Shown piece after piece: positions 44,590 through 56,090 of a stretch of DNA of 64,000 nt. Source of the DNA: Naegleria gruberi (lineage: Eukaryota); NCBI GenBank assembly GCA_000004985.1, contig GG738918.1; one strand, 5' to 3'. Positions within the stretch are counted from its first letter, which is position 1. The number at the start of each line of letters is the position of its first letter. The notes under the pieces are model-generated. The model had not been told where the DNA came from and ran no database searches. It saw only the letters and a list, made by a program, of their open reading frames with translations. A program made the position numbers and the translations under genes.

Positions 44590-47500
44590 TTATTCTCTTA
44601 GTTTCATGGCAATCTTGTGGATTTCTTCGTTAACTTTTGGTCCAAGCATATTCAAGCTTTGATCAATTAACTTGAGAACAAAATCATCCAATTCATTATC
44701 CAGTAAATCGAGTCTAAGGTTGTTTTGGGTTGTCAATACATTTCTGGTTGTGAAATGTTTAAGTGGATTATGAATTGAACCAGGGTGAGGCGTATTTCCT
44801 TGAATTCCAAGTTTGTCAAATCTCTTAATTGTTGCTTGTTCCTTATAATCCATATTAGTAATTGAAATCCATAATAGCATGTAAATAATCAAACTTGCAT
44901 ACTTTCTTAAAACCTTGAAAGTTTGGCAGCAATACATTCTGAAAGCGCTCAAATGTTCCTCAGAGAAATCTGCTACCATTTCTCTAGAAATTCTCATTGG
45001 TGGAGTTCCAAGATATGCCTTTGGATCTTCGCCCAATACAAATCCAAAATCAATGTGGAACAACTCTCCACTTTCCTTCAATAACAAATTGTCCAAGTGT
45101 CTATCACCAATAGCCAATACGTATGTTAGTACAGAGTAACCAGCAAGACTTCTAATATACTTGTGTATTTTCTCCTCAAATACTAAAACATCTATAATTT
45201 CACCAGAAACAGGCTCATATTCAGAGGCTGGACCAGTTGTTGATCCACTCGAGTCTTCATCTGGATTTTCAATAATTTCATCCTTCTTGTCTGCTGGTTT
45301 TTCCTTTTTGGAAGTTTCTCTTAAAAAGTTAAAAATTGTCTTGTACTTGGCAAGGATGGCAGAGACAGCATTCGATTGACTAACCATTTCAACAAATCCT
45401 GAATTGAGAGGACTTTGACTAGTACTAACACAGTGATAAGTGACAATCTCTAAATTAATTCCATTTTGCTTTAAAATTCTATTCATCAACGTGAAAAGTT
45501 GAAGGATGTACTCATCCTGACGAAGATCGTCTCCTTGCTTGAAAATAATCTTGTACTCTGCAGCATTTTCATTAGATAGAGTTCTAATAGAGAGAGGGAA
45601 GCACACAGGTTCTTGAGCTGACTTGAAAATATAACCATCAGAAGGAGCAAATCCAGAAATTTCAAGAGTCTCCTTAATTTCAGGGAACTTATCTTCAATG
45701 CTGAGACAAGGAATTGTTTCTACTGGGAATACTTCGCTATTCCACTCATGGAAATCCTTCTCCTTATCAACAATGAAATCTATAAACTTGAGCTTGGAAT
45801 CTTCCTTAATTAATTTGGCAACTTCTTTAATTTCTGTTTGTGTTCTAGGAGAGAGTTGTCCAATTTCAGGATTAATTGTCAAATCATCATTACAAATATT
45901 ATCCAGATTAGCCATAGATATCTGTTTCAAATTTAGAAGATATGGCAACTTTTGAGCAGCCATCAAACTCTTCAATTGTACAATCTTTTGTGGTCTAGGA
46001 GTTGATAATTCCTTTCCTAATCTAAATTTGATATATTCACTAATGACTAACATATTGTCTACCATCTTTTGTTGTCTAATGAATTGATCCAAATTATATT
46101 TACCAAGTTCTGATTGGGCACAATTTTTAATCATCTTGAAATGAAGTTGCTTGTAGGCAGTGTTTGCTTTTTTATCTGTATTTCTTTCGAGTCCTCTAAC
46201 TGTGTTTGAGTTGAGCATACTGGTGAGCATCCAATTTAACTTGTTGAATATGTATTCAGACTTATCACAAGCTTCCAATAAAAATTCCATCAAGTGAGAG
46301 TAATATTTTGTAGCTCCCATAATGTAGAATATTTGTGGAAGTAGGGTTTCAATTTCTGTGATTTTTCTTTGCCTTAACACTTGAACACTGAATATTTGAA
46401 CAGATTCAAGATCAATTTTGGAGGCTATAACCGTTTCATGAATGAGAAACATGATATGGAGTGTTGTCAACTTGTGCATTGGTGAAAATGGATGTTTTTG
46501 ACTCTCTTTCATTTCCTTAATGAGTAAATCTAAAAGTTCTTCTCCTGTCTTGTAATCTCCTTTCCAGTTGATAGATCTAATCATAAATAGGAATAATTTT
46601 GGCTCTCTACACAGAACTTTACGATACTTGAATAGAACATAGGTTTGAGTGTCAGTAATGGATGAATAGTTATCAGTATTTACAACCAATGGAGTGAATG
46701 GAGTATTAAATAAACCAATAACAGTTCTCAATTCATCCTCAGTCTCATCCAATTGGTCCTCCATTTCTCTCTCTTGATTTACCAAATTATATAACATGTG
46801 ATCTTCTGAAAATCTGTACGTGTAGAGTGGATCATCCAGCATTTGAGCAAACACTTTAGATTTCACTCTTGGATTTGTTTGTTCAATGATTTCATCATCC
46901 AGAAATTCTTCCAAGAATATAATGGCTTGATTTTTCACATTCTCAGGATCAATATCACTAACATTTACATTTGGAACAGAAGTCGATCTATTTCTTCTTG
47001 CTGACAAGTCTCCATCATTTTCGATAAGTGTTTTTCTTCTCCGCTTGCTTACAACCTTCTTTACAAGAACATTGGAGAGAATTGAAATAGCTTCTTGACC
47101 ATTAAATGTAATACCCTCTGACTTTTTCTTTCTAAAACTGAGGGAAGGTCTAGAAGGTTGATTAGAACTAAAGGTTTTACTTCTTGAAAGCAATGCAACA
47201 AATGTTCTTAAAATCTTAAACTTCTTTTGGAATTTTGGATCCATTAACTTGAGATGCTTGCTCAAAATTTCTTTCTGTTGAGAGGTTGATATACTTCTTG
47301 TAATAGATTGTAAAATATCATCACAGAATGAGTTGATAGATTGTGTCAAATCATTCCTTGTTCCTAAATCCAATGATTTTTCTCCTATACTGGAAAGAGC
47401 TGTTGTGCAGACAGTTGAATAGAGAAGAGTGTTGCGCAATCTCTTTGAAAGAATATCGATAGCATTAATTTTGCTAACAACTCTTTGATTAACAGCCATA

Positions 47501-49980
47501 CTTTCTGGCTCTCCATTCTCTGTTGAAGAAGGAGTAGGTAATGGTTGTTCAATAATCTCTTCAGGAACAAGAGGTTGTGAAATGAGAGGCAGCGAAATAT
47601 GATTATCAGCGAATTCTAACAGGAAATTATACTTGGCAAACTCGGCAACAACCACATGATCTCTTCTCCTTCTTGGTGGAGTTGGAGGTTGCACAGTTTG
47701 GTTGTGAGGTTGTGAAAAATAGCCAGACAAGACCTTTTCTTTTCTAATGATTGGATTGATTTTAGGTTTCTCAGGCGTTTTTTCTAATTTTGGTTCCAAA
47801 ACTTTGATAGTTGTTGTTTCTATGAAATTCTTGATGGTTCCTTGTCCAGCTTCTACTGTAGTTTTGAGGGTTTCACTAATAGAATTTACTGCCCTTTCAC
47901 TTTTATCAATAATTTTCTGTTCTATAAGGTCTTTCTTCTTCTCGAAAGTGGTAATAAGATTGTTGATTTTACCATTGATTTGAGCTCTCTTGGAGGTTTC
48001 ATTTTGTTCGTCTTCCTCCATAGCTTTTTGTATCCTAGCATTTGCATTCATAATGATTGATGATGTTGAGAGAGCAATAGATTGCTCAATTAATGAGTTG
48101 ATAGCATCCAGTCCATCATAGGTTGAAACATTGTTCTCAGGTACTGGATTGACCGGTTGTAAAGTGGTCGGTGTTGAAGCAGTTATAGAAATACTTGTAA
48201 CAGCACTGACTGGTATTTCCTTAGTAATTTCATCAATTTTCATTAAAGAATAAATTACTTGCGTCATGTCCTTCTTCATTAGTGTTGAAGAATGACTTGT
48301 TCCATTTTTCAAATTGTCAACAATCATATCAAGACTGCGTTTTAAATTTTTAACCAAAAATTGACAATTTGATTTCTTTTCCAAAAAACTATAAATTTCT
48401 GTTCTCTTCTTAATTAGTTCCTCCTGTATGAGGAATCTATTTAACTTTTGAATGTTCCTTTTTGAATTCATATTAATAACACACCAACTAATCAAAGCTT
48501 CAAAGAATAATTCTAACTTCATCCACTTTACAACTTGCGTCAAGTTTGTAAACTTGGTATCCTTCAGAATATCAAAAATGTACGTTCTTAAAAATCTTTC
48601 CAGATCAGCAGCTTCTTGGTCAACCTTTGTGTCTTGTGAAGCAGCAGATTCAGAGTCCAATTTCACACCAGACAGTTCCAATTTGGTAGTTTCCTCCAAT
48701 TCCGAAACAATAGGTGAAGAAGTTGAATTAATTGTTTGCTTTCTGTGATGAAAACCTCTTGATGATGATGATTTTTGCGGTGGTGTGAGTGATTCTCCTT
48801 CCACTTTCCTTGCACTGTTATTTCCCTCAGATGATGGTTGTGTTGGAGTGGATGGAAGAGGTCTCTTAGGACCACCAAGGGATGGAGAGCTGGTTGGAGA
48901 ATTAGTGATACTGCTACTTGAAGGATCGGCTAATTTTCCTATTGAAGAAGGTTGAATTCCTATTGGAAGAGGAGGTAAGTTGAACTTGGTCAGTATTGAT
49001 TCACTACTAGGATTTGTTTTTTCCTCTTCCGATTGAGTATTATTTACATTTTCTAAACTTGTCGGAGATGGTTGTTGAAATACAGTTGAATAAATAGAAG
49101 TGTTGTTATGGTTGGAAGTGGTATTAACTATGGAAGGTGATGATTTTTCGCTTGTTGGACTTGGTGTTGATAAATTATTCAGAGGAGTTGATAATGAGGA
49201 AGGACTTGATGACAATGAAACAGAAGGAAGAGGTTTTAAAGGTCTCCCACCAACAGACAGTTTTCTAACAGGTGGTGGAGATGATGAAACCGTTCCATTA
49301 TTGAAATTCTTAATCATATTGGCAACAATATGACTGCTGGATCTTGGTTTTGGTTTCGGAGAGGTTGAAGTTGTAGATGGTTCTTGTGTTGGAGAGGTTG
49401 GTGAAGTAATTGTATCATCACTTGGTGAAATGGCTATTCCTTCATGATGATTGCTGTTGGTTACTACAGGTGGACATGGATCAGCAAATGTAACACTCCT
49501 TGGTTTTGGTTGACCACTCGTTGATGATTTTAAAAGTACAGGAGGAATTACATGAGGTGTTACCGTTGATGATAATTCGAGATGAGTATGTTCTCGATTT
49601 GTTATTATTATATTATTATTATTATTCACTTGATTAATTGTTGTGGATTTGTTGTTGTTATTATTGCTGTTTAATCCTGTTCTATTAACCACAACATTCA
49701 ACGAAGATCGATCCACATGAACTACACCTTGTTGTTGATCCGATGATGAAGATGCTAATAATTGTTGTTGATGATGATTATTCCTAATTATCGAATTATT
49801 AATTATACTATTATTTTCTTCCTCATCTTCTACTCTAGTAAAGGAAGGCAAGGGAAGCGGAGGAGGTTCTTGTTGCAGAGTTTGATTTGTTGCTTGTTTC
49901 CTCCTTGAGACTGTTGGAGGTAACCGGCCATTGTTGCTCTGATGTTCTAAACCTTCTGGTGTACTCTTCGAAGGTCGCAT
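44590..49980 (-). CDS. phosphatidylinositol 3-kinase, catalytic domain most similar to class III (Vps34-type), with ~900-aa low-complexity Ser/Thr/Pro/Asn-rich N-terminal extension
   Basis: Continuous 1796-aa ORF with its ATG at 49980. The C-terminal catalytic domain carries the motifs FKQGDDLRQDEYILQLF, VLAIGDRHLDNLLL and FHIDFGFVLGEDPKAYLGTPPMRISREMV. Confidence 0.6.
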   Translation of the reverse strand: MRPSKSTPEGLEHQSNNGRLPPTVSRRKQATNQTLQQEPPPLPLPSFTRVEDEEENNSIINNSIIRNNHHQQQLLASSSSDQQQGVVHVDRSSLNVVVNRTGLNSNNNNNKSTTINQVNNNNNIIITNREHTHLELSSTVTPHVIPPVLLKSSTSGQPKPRSVTFADPCPPVVTNSNHHEGIAISPSDDTITSPTSPTQEPSTTSTSPKPKPRSSSHIVANMIKNFNNGTVSSSPPPVRKLSVGGRPLKPLPSVSLSSSPSSLSTPLNNLSTPSPTSEKSSPSIVNTTSNHNNTSIYSTVFQQPSPTSLENVNNTQSEEEKTNPSSESILTKFNLPPLPIGIQPSSIGKLADPSSSSITNSPTSSPSLGGPKRPLPSTPTQPSSEGNNSARKVEGESLTPPQKSSSSRGFHHRKQTINSTSSPIVSELEETTKLELSGVKLDSESAASQDTKVDQEAADLERFLRTYIFDILKDTKFTNLTQVVKWMKLELFFEALISWCVINMNSKRNIQKLNRFLIQEELIKKRTEIYSFLEKKSNCQFLVKNLKRSLDMIVDNLKNGTSHSSTLMKKDMTQVIYSLMKIDEITKEIPVSAVTSISITASTPTTLQPVNPVPENNVSTYDGLDAINSLIEQSIALSTSSIIMNANARIQKAMEEDEQNETSKRAQINGKINNLITTFEKKKDLIEQKIIDKSERAVNSISETLKTTVEAGQGTIKNFIETTTIKVLEPKLEKTPEKPKINPIIRKEKVLSGYFSQPHNQTVQPPTPPRRRRDHVVVAEFAKYNFLLEFADNHISLPLISQPLVPEEIIEQPLPTPSSTENGEPESMAVNQRVVSKINAIDILSKRLRNTLLYSTVCTTALSSIGEKSLDLGTRNDLTQSINSFCDDILQSITRSISTSQQKEILSKHLKLMDPKFQKKFKILRTFVALLSRSKTFSSNQPSRPSLSFRKKKSEGITFNGQEAISILSNVLVKKVVSKRRRKTLIENDGDLSARRNRSTSVPNVNVSDIDPENVKNQAIIFLEEFLDDEIIEQTNPRVKSKVFAQMLDDPLYTYRFSEDHMLYNLVNQEREMEDQLDETEDELRTVIGLFNTPFTPLVVNTDNYSSITDTQTYVLFKYRKVLCREPKLFLFMIRSINWKGDYKTGEELLDLLIKEMKESQKHPFSPMHKLTTLHIMFLIHETVIASKIDLESVQIFSVQVLRQRKITEIETLLPQIFYIMGATKYYSHLMEFLLEACDKSEYIFNKLNWMLTSMLNSNTVRGLERNTDKKANTAYKQLHFKMIKNCAQSELGKYNLDQFIRQQKMVDNMLVISEYIKFRLGKELSTPRPQKIVQLKSLMAAQKLPYLLNLKQISMANLDNICNDDLTINPEIGQLSPRTQTEIKEVAKLIKEDSKLKFIDFIVDKEKDFHEWNSEVFPVETIPCLSIEDKFPEIKETLEISGFAPSDGYIFKSAQEPVCFPLSIRTLSNENAAEYKIIFKQGDDLRQDEYILQLFTLMNRILKQNGINLEIVTYHCVSTSQSPLNSGFVEMVSQSNAVSAILAKYKTIFNFLRETSKKEKPADKKDEIIENPDEDSSGSTTGPASEYEPVSGEIIDVLVFEEKIHKYIRSLAGYSVLTYVLAIGDRHLDNLLLKESGELFHIDFGFVLGEDPKAYLGTPPMRISREMVADFSEEHLSAFRMYCCQTFKVLRKYASLIIYMLLWISITNMDYKEQATIKRFDKLGIQGNTPHPGSIHNPLKHFTTRNVLTTQNNLRLDLLDNELDDFVLKLIDQSLNMLGPKVNEEIHKIAMKLRE

Positions 49981-50235
49981 CAGAAATAATTAATTATCGC
50001 TTTTATATTGGATAATTTTGCTCGAGTAACAGCAAATCAATTAACACGACGAAAGGAAAATTTGAGCTTTGGATTTTCTTTTTGTGTTTTTATTATTATT
50101 TGATAACTGAATATTTAGTGATGATTGATTCTTGATGATTTCGTAGGTTCCGATTGATGTGAGGAAGAAAGGAAAAGGAACACCAGAAATCGAAATTTCA
50201 AATTCTTCGTAAAAAATATTTAAATGTTATCTGAT

Positions 50236-50462
50236 ATGGACGTGATAATTTTCGGGATGGTTTTACATGATGAAAGCACCAAACTTTCACAGCATCACCT
50301 CATCATTATCTAAATAGTAGTATTAATAGTAATTTTTATTGGAAGATTATATTCATGAAATTGGAAATTATTTTTCATCAATTAAAATCACAAGTTGGTG
50401 TATCATCATCTGATCCTTCACCAACCATCATCATTATTGTTTTCCATCAATAATGATAGTAT
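50236..50462 (+). repeat. dispersed structured repeat, copy 2 (5' truncated ~230 bp)
   Basis: Matches the 5' part of the elements at 36826 and 55591, including the flanking tatggacRtgatRattYtcgg prefix shared with copy 1. Confidence 0.65.
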
Positions 50463-50647
50463 TTGTGTGATTAAAAAGAAATTTTTCGTATTGAAAAGTA
50501 AAATAAATAAGATTTACTTTTATTTGTGAAACTTTACTACTATTTTCAATAGATAAGGAAGGAGAAACATCGAATAGTCTGTATGAATATTAGAAACTCG
50601 CCAATTTATTGACAACAATAATTTTAATAAATTTAAATAATAAAAAA

Positions 50648-51367
50648 ATGTTGCAACAAAGAAGATACGGATTGTATGCCATTTTGCATCCTCACCAACA
50701 AGAATACACCGATATTTATTATGAAGTTGCCTATTTTCTGCAATTGATGGATCAATTTATCAATCGTACTCATCAGGGAAAATCATACGAGGAAAAATTA
50801 GAGTTCGGAACACAGCATATTTGGGGAAATTTATTTCATATTACTCTTATTGGATTTGTGCCAATGATGGATTGTAATTTGGAAGAATTAAAGTCAGTTT
50901 TGAAGAGTTTAAAAATTGAAAAGGGAAAATTAAATTCGGAAAATGTAAAATTGGTTTGGCGAATGAGTAATGATAAGAAGGAGCCACTGTGGGATTTTAG
51001 AATTAGTTTTGAGAATGATGGATTTTGTCAAGTTGTGAATCAAATTCATGATAGGATGGAATTTTATAGAGAGGATAACAACAAGAGGAGATTAAGATTG
51101 AGGAATGATTATCATGGATCATTATTATCGGATGTCAAGCTTTCAAGAAGAGAAGAAATTGTAAAATATTTATCTCAATATCAATCTATAATTCCAACTC
51201 TGTATGAGTGTATGATTAAGGAGGATTCTAATAATTTGGAATCCATTCAACAAGTTATTGGTGAACAATTTAAAAAGCTTTCGTGGGCTTTACAGATAGT
51301 GAGCTATGAAGATCCAAAACAACCACTCAACAAATGGCAAGAACATGAAACGATTTTATTAGATTAA
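50648..51367 (+). CDS. hypothetical protein (239 aa)
   Basis: ATG at 50648 after an A7 run (MLQQRRYGLYAILHPHQQ); the ORF track's start at 50609 is a TTG. Continuous ORF with no recognisable domain. Its 3' end overlaps the convergent gene's 3' end by 9 bp. Confidence 0.4.
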   Translation: MLQQRRYGLYAILHPHQQEYTDIYYEVAYFLQLMDQFINRTHQGKSYEEKLEFGTQHIWGNLFHITLIGFVPMMDCNLEELKSVLKSLKIEKGKLNSENVKLVWRMSNDKKEPLWDFRISFENDGFCQVVNQIHDRMEFYREDNNKRRLRLRNDYHGSLLSDVKLSRREEIVKYLSQYQSIIPTLYECMIKEDSNNLESIQQVIGEQFKKLSWALQIVSYEDPKQPLNKWQEHETILLD

Positions 51368-52527
51368 TAATTTAGATCCTCTAGTATAGTAAAAATCAAA
51401 AAAGTAGACCTTACAATACATATCAACAGCAGCATTCAAGAAGGTAATTGGTGTCCTGTCATCACCTCCAAGAATTAAATTCGCAGAGTTTTGAATATTG
51501 AAAAGTGTCTTTTGCTGTTGCTCCTCCTCTTTCAATTCCTTAATTGACTTCTTCACATACCCACAACACTCGTGCACGTGACCGAATACTGAAACAGTTG
51601 GCTTGACTCTATGAATTAATTGATTTCTCAACCAGAAATTACCCCAGTGAGCAGCATGAGGATGGTTTGTTTTACATGTTGGACAGATACCTTGTGTTGA
51701 TCCCATTCCTGCCAAATCCAAGATATTATATGGAGGATTATGAGTCATGACAATGTCACAATCATTGTCCATGCATTGTGTATAGATATCATATGATACA
51801 TGATCTGAAGCACCAAAAGCCATATCAAATGGTGTAATTGGACATCCAAATATTCTAATAGAACCATCCAATATGATGGAAGTATTTTGCAAGTAATAAT
51901 CTACATTGCTCAATAAGGGATGTTTCTTTTGGTTCATGATCATGTCAATTGATTTTTCATTAGAAAGTGAACTATTTCTCCTATAATCCAAATGGTAATC
52001 TTTCATTATTAGAAATAGATTCATTTTAACCTACCATGATTTCCTCCTATACAAACTATTTGAGAACATTTCCCATCATTTTTCAATTTAGCAGCCAGAT
52101 TATTGAACTGTTGCACATCATTAGGTCCATGATCATTCTGTGAGAAATCTCCACAATGCAACACAACGTCTACCTTTGGAATTTTTGTATACCATTTACT
52201 TTCTCCGCAATGACTATCCGAAATAACTGCAAATCTCTTAAATGTCAAATTATTCCCTCCTCTCACCACTGCAATTTTAAAATCCTTCTCAAATATTTCA
52301 ACAATTTCTTCCACAAATTGTCTTCCTCCCGTAATGACCTGTTCACAATATCCAACAATATAATCATACGGGATATTAACAGGAATAAATTGTTTTTTGT
52401 AATATTCCAATTCTTGTGCACTTCCATTATTTTGGAAATATTTGGCAATAGAAGTCTGGCTCTGAATGAAATGGTTTAGAATATTGGTGGCCTGTGTTGG
52501 TGATGGGTTGCTGTTGGATTGTTGCAT
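51359..52527 (-). CDS. calcineurin-like metallophosphoesterase; complement(join(51359..51999,52035..52527))
   Basis: ATG at 52527. Motifs ISDSHCGE, VVLHCGDFS and GGNH sit at the end of exon 1. A 35-nt intron (gtaggt…gaaag) joins in frame to DYHLDYRR… Exon 2 carries MTHNPP and GHVHE. Confidence 0.65.
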
Positions 52528-53221
52528 TTTTTTTTAATTTGTTTGCCAAGTTCATACAAGAATTGGTGATGAAACCTCCATGGCAATGACAATATATTGA
52601 AGGAAAATAAATAGTACAAATAGAAAGTTTTTGATTTGGTCAAGTAGGTGGTGACCAAGTAGATGTGCCGATTTTGATGAAAAATCGACTTTGAGCCAAA
52701 TAAAAATAATTTCAAAGAGGAAACTTGCGGAATACTATTTAAATACTATTAGAACAGCAAATCAACCTGTTCTAACAACATCCGAGATTGGTTTGAAATT
52801 TTTCCAATTTATGATGATATTAAATTTCTTGATGATCATTAAAATTTCACAAAAAAAATTACTATTCTACTATTGATGGATATCCAAAGATGATATAAAT
52901 TGAATATCAATGTTTTCCGTATTGAAATGATGAAGATAATCAACAACGATGAGATGAAGTGATTATTTTTTTTTGGACTTTCAAAAAATTATACGAAGAC
53001 TGACTAAAATGTTCTAAATTGTTTTCTCAAAGTGGAGGGCAATATAAGTTAGTCCCAATGTTGTCTCTTGAATTGTTATTGGAATCTTTTGAAGAGTGTC
53101 ATCTCCTTGTTATTGACATCAATACAACAAGCCTTGAATTACTACCATTGTGGAATGGTTGTCAACACAAAAAAAACAGCATTAATCTATTCAAATGTAA
53201 AGCCTTTATATAATCTATCAT

Positions 53222-53719
53222 TTAGAACATGAAGAAAGTAATGAGAGAAAGGATGAGGACAACCATAGCATGAGCACTCAAAGAATTGGCACTATTCCAA
53301 CAATTAGTTTCTGGAAATTTATCACACTTAATCTTCAAATCATAGTTACCACAGCCGTTAACCATAGCGTTGCACTTGCTCTTACACACATTCAAATAAC
53401 TAACACCACTAGCATCAGTAGTCAAGTAGCCTTGATTCTTTGGATCGCAAAATGCACAATTGTATTCCTTTAAGGCGTCAACACAAGAACCTTGAACACC
53501 ATTATTATTTGCAAGGGCAATAACAGCAGCCATTGTGGTGTCCATAGTAGCATCACAACAAGAATTTTTAGCAGAACCAGAACAAGTAGTACAGCTTGGA
53601 CAATAGCTTGGTTCAAAGTTAGGAGTCTTTGTCTTGCAAGTTTGAGCATTAGCAAAGGTGCAGACAAGCATGGTAGCAACCAAGAGAGTGAAAATAAGAG
53701 TTGACTTGTTAACAAACAT
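53222..53719 (-). CDS. small secreted Cys-rich GPI-anchored protein (ponticulin-like)
   Basis: Signal peptide MFVNKSTLIFTLLVATMLVCTFANA. About 14 Cys in 120 aa (CKTK…CPSCTTCSGSAKNSCCD…). The C-terminus has a small-residue omega region followed by a hydrophobic tail (SAHAMVVLILSLITFFMF*). Confidence 0.5.
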   Translation of the reverse strand: MFVNKSTLIFTLLVATMLVCTFANAQTCKTKTPNFEPSYCPSCTTCSGSAKNSCCDATMDTTMAAVIALANNNGVQGSCVDALKEYNCAFCDPKNQGYLTTDASGVSYLNVCKSKCNAMVNGCGNYDLKIKCDKFPETNCWNSANSLSAHAMVVLILSLITFFMF

Positions 53720-54124
53720 TATGTTATGTTGATTTTTTTGAGGTGTGTTAAGATGAACTAAGGCTAATAGCAACGATTAGCACTTACACTTCGCATTAGT
53801 ACTGTGCAAACTACAAGGATGTATTACAATGAATACGTTACTGTGCAAATTACAAAATCCTCGCACCAATTATCCGAAACAGATGCAATTTTATTCGGAC
53901 ATAACATAGGCTTTTTTGAAATTAGTCCACCCTAATATTCGGTCCAAAAAAGATCTCACAAACATTACGGTGCACCTTAAAAGGATTTCCCTATTGACTC
54001 ATAATATGTGTGTATTAAGCTGAATACTATTGTGCAACTCTACTTTGTTTACCTTTGCGTGTGGGGTCATCATAATGATTTAAGGTGTGTTTGCTAAGGG
54101 CTGTTGTTAAACTCTCCTCAACAT

Positions 54125-54180
54125 CACAGCGGGTCAAACCACAAGAAATTCTCGGGAGAACTAGCATAGTTACGCAGCCG
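54125..54180 (+). other. conserved ~57-nt intergenic element, copy 2
   Basis: See 37680..37736. It lies about 140 bp upstream of the ATG at 54321. Confidence 0.4.
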
Positions 54181-54320
54181 CGACTCTAAGGTTTTGTTAA
54201 GAAACTATTTTAAAGAGCATTGAAATTCCAGACTTCCTTAGCTTTCCTCAAGTTAAAAACTTGGCGGAGACACATGCTGTGGCAACAAAAAAACACCTTA
54301 AAAACAACATTAGTACAAAG

Positions 54321-55325
54321 ATGGCTAAGAAGAAGAGTGCCACTGAACAAAATATTAGAGATAGAATCAATCCTAATGACCCTGACACTACGATTTCCTT
54401 CTCATTGTCTCAATTCCCGATTAATGACCTCCTCAACAATAATTCATTCATTGATCGTCATCCTGATGTACTCGACATGATCTTTTATGAACCTGGTATT
54501 ATTGATACATTGAAGATGTTCAATACATGTACTGGATTTGTCTTGACTATTAACAGCTTGAAAGAAGTAAAGATTGGTAATTGGCTCCAAAACTCTGTCA
54601 AGAAGAAGAGTAGCGAAAATGAGATGGATCAAATGCTTTTCTTTATCAAAGACTATAGTGAAACCCAAATTTTCAACATTCTATTGAAGAATATTGACGC
54701 TATTGAAGATAGCATGGATCCTCAAGAATATTTTGATGAAGTTGCCAGATGTTGCTCTGAGGTTATTGTTAAGAATGTTCAAACTGAGAAAGTCAAGCCT
54801 CAATTATTTTCCTCCTCTGTTGAATATTCCATCTATGCTGTCTCTGAATCCATCAATAGAAATGATGTATTAGATCATCGTGGAATCAACTTGACCTTCT
54901 CTGGTAATATTGGTATTGAAAAATCAACTGGTGGCTTCTTAAAGAAGGGTAAGATTAACATTTTGCTTGACTTGAGTGTTAAGGTTGTTGTTTACAACAA
55001 CTACATGTTCTCTAAACGTGGTTTAACTTGTGTATTGAATGGTATGCGTGATAGAGAAGGAAAACTTAGACAAAAAGTTGTTGATGAAGATATTGAAAGA
55101 TCCAAGAATGATGCTGTTAATGCTCTTGAAGGTGGTAAGAAGGATTATGCCAAGAAACCTTCCACATTTACTGGTAGTCTTTTGAACATGGTCAATGAAA
55201 AGGTCCAAGATAAGGTTGATGCTAGAATTGAAGAGGAACGTAATAAGGTTTTGGATCGTATTGGTGTTAGCTCAGAAAATTGGGACAATAACAAACCAAG
55301 CAATCCAAATGTTCGTCAATTTTAG
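54321..55325 (+). CDS. hypothetical protein (334 aa, K/E-rich)
   Basis: ATG at 54321 (MAKKKSATEQNIRDR); the ORF track's start at 54261 is a TTG. Continuous ORF to the TAG at 55323-55325, after which coding-like sequence stops abruptly. Confidence 0.45.
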   Translation: MAKKKSATEQNIRDRINPNDPDTTISFSLSQFPINDLLNNNSFIDRHPDVLDMIFYEPGIIDTLKMFNTCTGFVLTINSLKEVKIGNWLQNSVKKKSSENEMDQMLFFIKDYSETQIFNILLKNIDAIEDSMDPQEYFDEVARCCSEVIVKNVQTEKVKPQLFSSSVEYSIYAVSESINRNDVLDHRGINLTFSGNIGIEKSTGGFLKKGKINILLDLSVKVVVYNNYMFSKRGLTCVLNGMRDREGKLRQKVVDEDIERSKNDAVNALEGGKKDYAKKPSTFTGSLLNMVNEKVQDKVDARIEEERNKVLDRIGVSSENWDNNKPSNPNVRQF

Positions 55326-55590
55326 ATTCACACTATTCAATAAACTTGCAAAATATTAATAGGTGTTTGAGTTTACTCCGAATTGTTGATTTAATGAAAA
55401 TGTTTCACCCCAAGATACAATTTCAATTTCAAAACGTTCATCATAGACAATGTGGGTGATGTGAAATTTAATTAAAAACAGAAAAATCAAAATGTGTTAT
55501 AGACCCACACACATTCTAGAACTTACCTCGCTCACAAAAACTAAGTTTTAACCCAATCTTCAAAAAAATATTCAACATTCTACTACTAAA

Positions 55591-56090
55591 GGAGTGGTTT
55601 TACATCATGAAACCACCAAACTTTCACATCATCATCTCAACATGATCTATATAGTAGTAATAATAGTAATTTTTATTGGTGGATTATCATCATGAAATTG
55701 GAATTTATTTTTCATGATGGAAAATCATAAGTTGGTGTTCCAGCATCGGATCATTCACCAACATCATTATTGTTTTCCATTAATAATAATATTTGTAGAT
55801 ATTAATTTGTAGTAATATAATTTTGGTGAAATGTAAAAATTTTCACTAAATTCATCATCACTGCTGGATCTACTGAACAAGTTGGAAAACTGTCAATGTA
55901 GTATTGTTCGGAATGGTCAATAGTAGGTAAGAGAATTTTCTCTTATCAATTTTGGATATTTGATGCCACCAGAGTTGATTCATAGCCCAATTACAAATCA
56001 AACAGCAATAAAACAACAATTCATAATGTTTATTATGTTATTAAATGTATAATTTCGAGTCTTGTAGCATAATTTGTGAAAATAATGGAT
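55591..56090 (+). repeat. dispersed structured repeat, copy 3 (plus a partial internal re-duplication at ~56150..56275)
   Basis: Collinear with copy 1 except for the ~190-bp internal indel. The sub-segment …catcatcactgc(t/c)(g/a)gat…ttggaaaact(g/t)tcaat(g/c)tagtattgttc…atggtcaat is repeated again 60 bp downstream. Confidence 0.7.
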
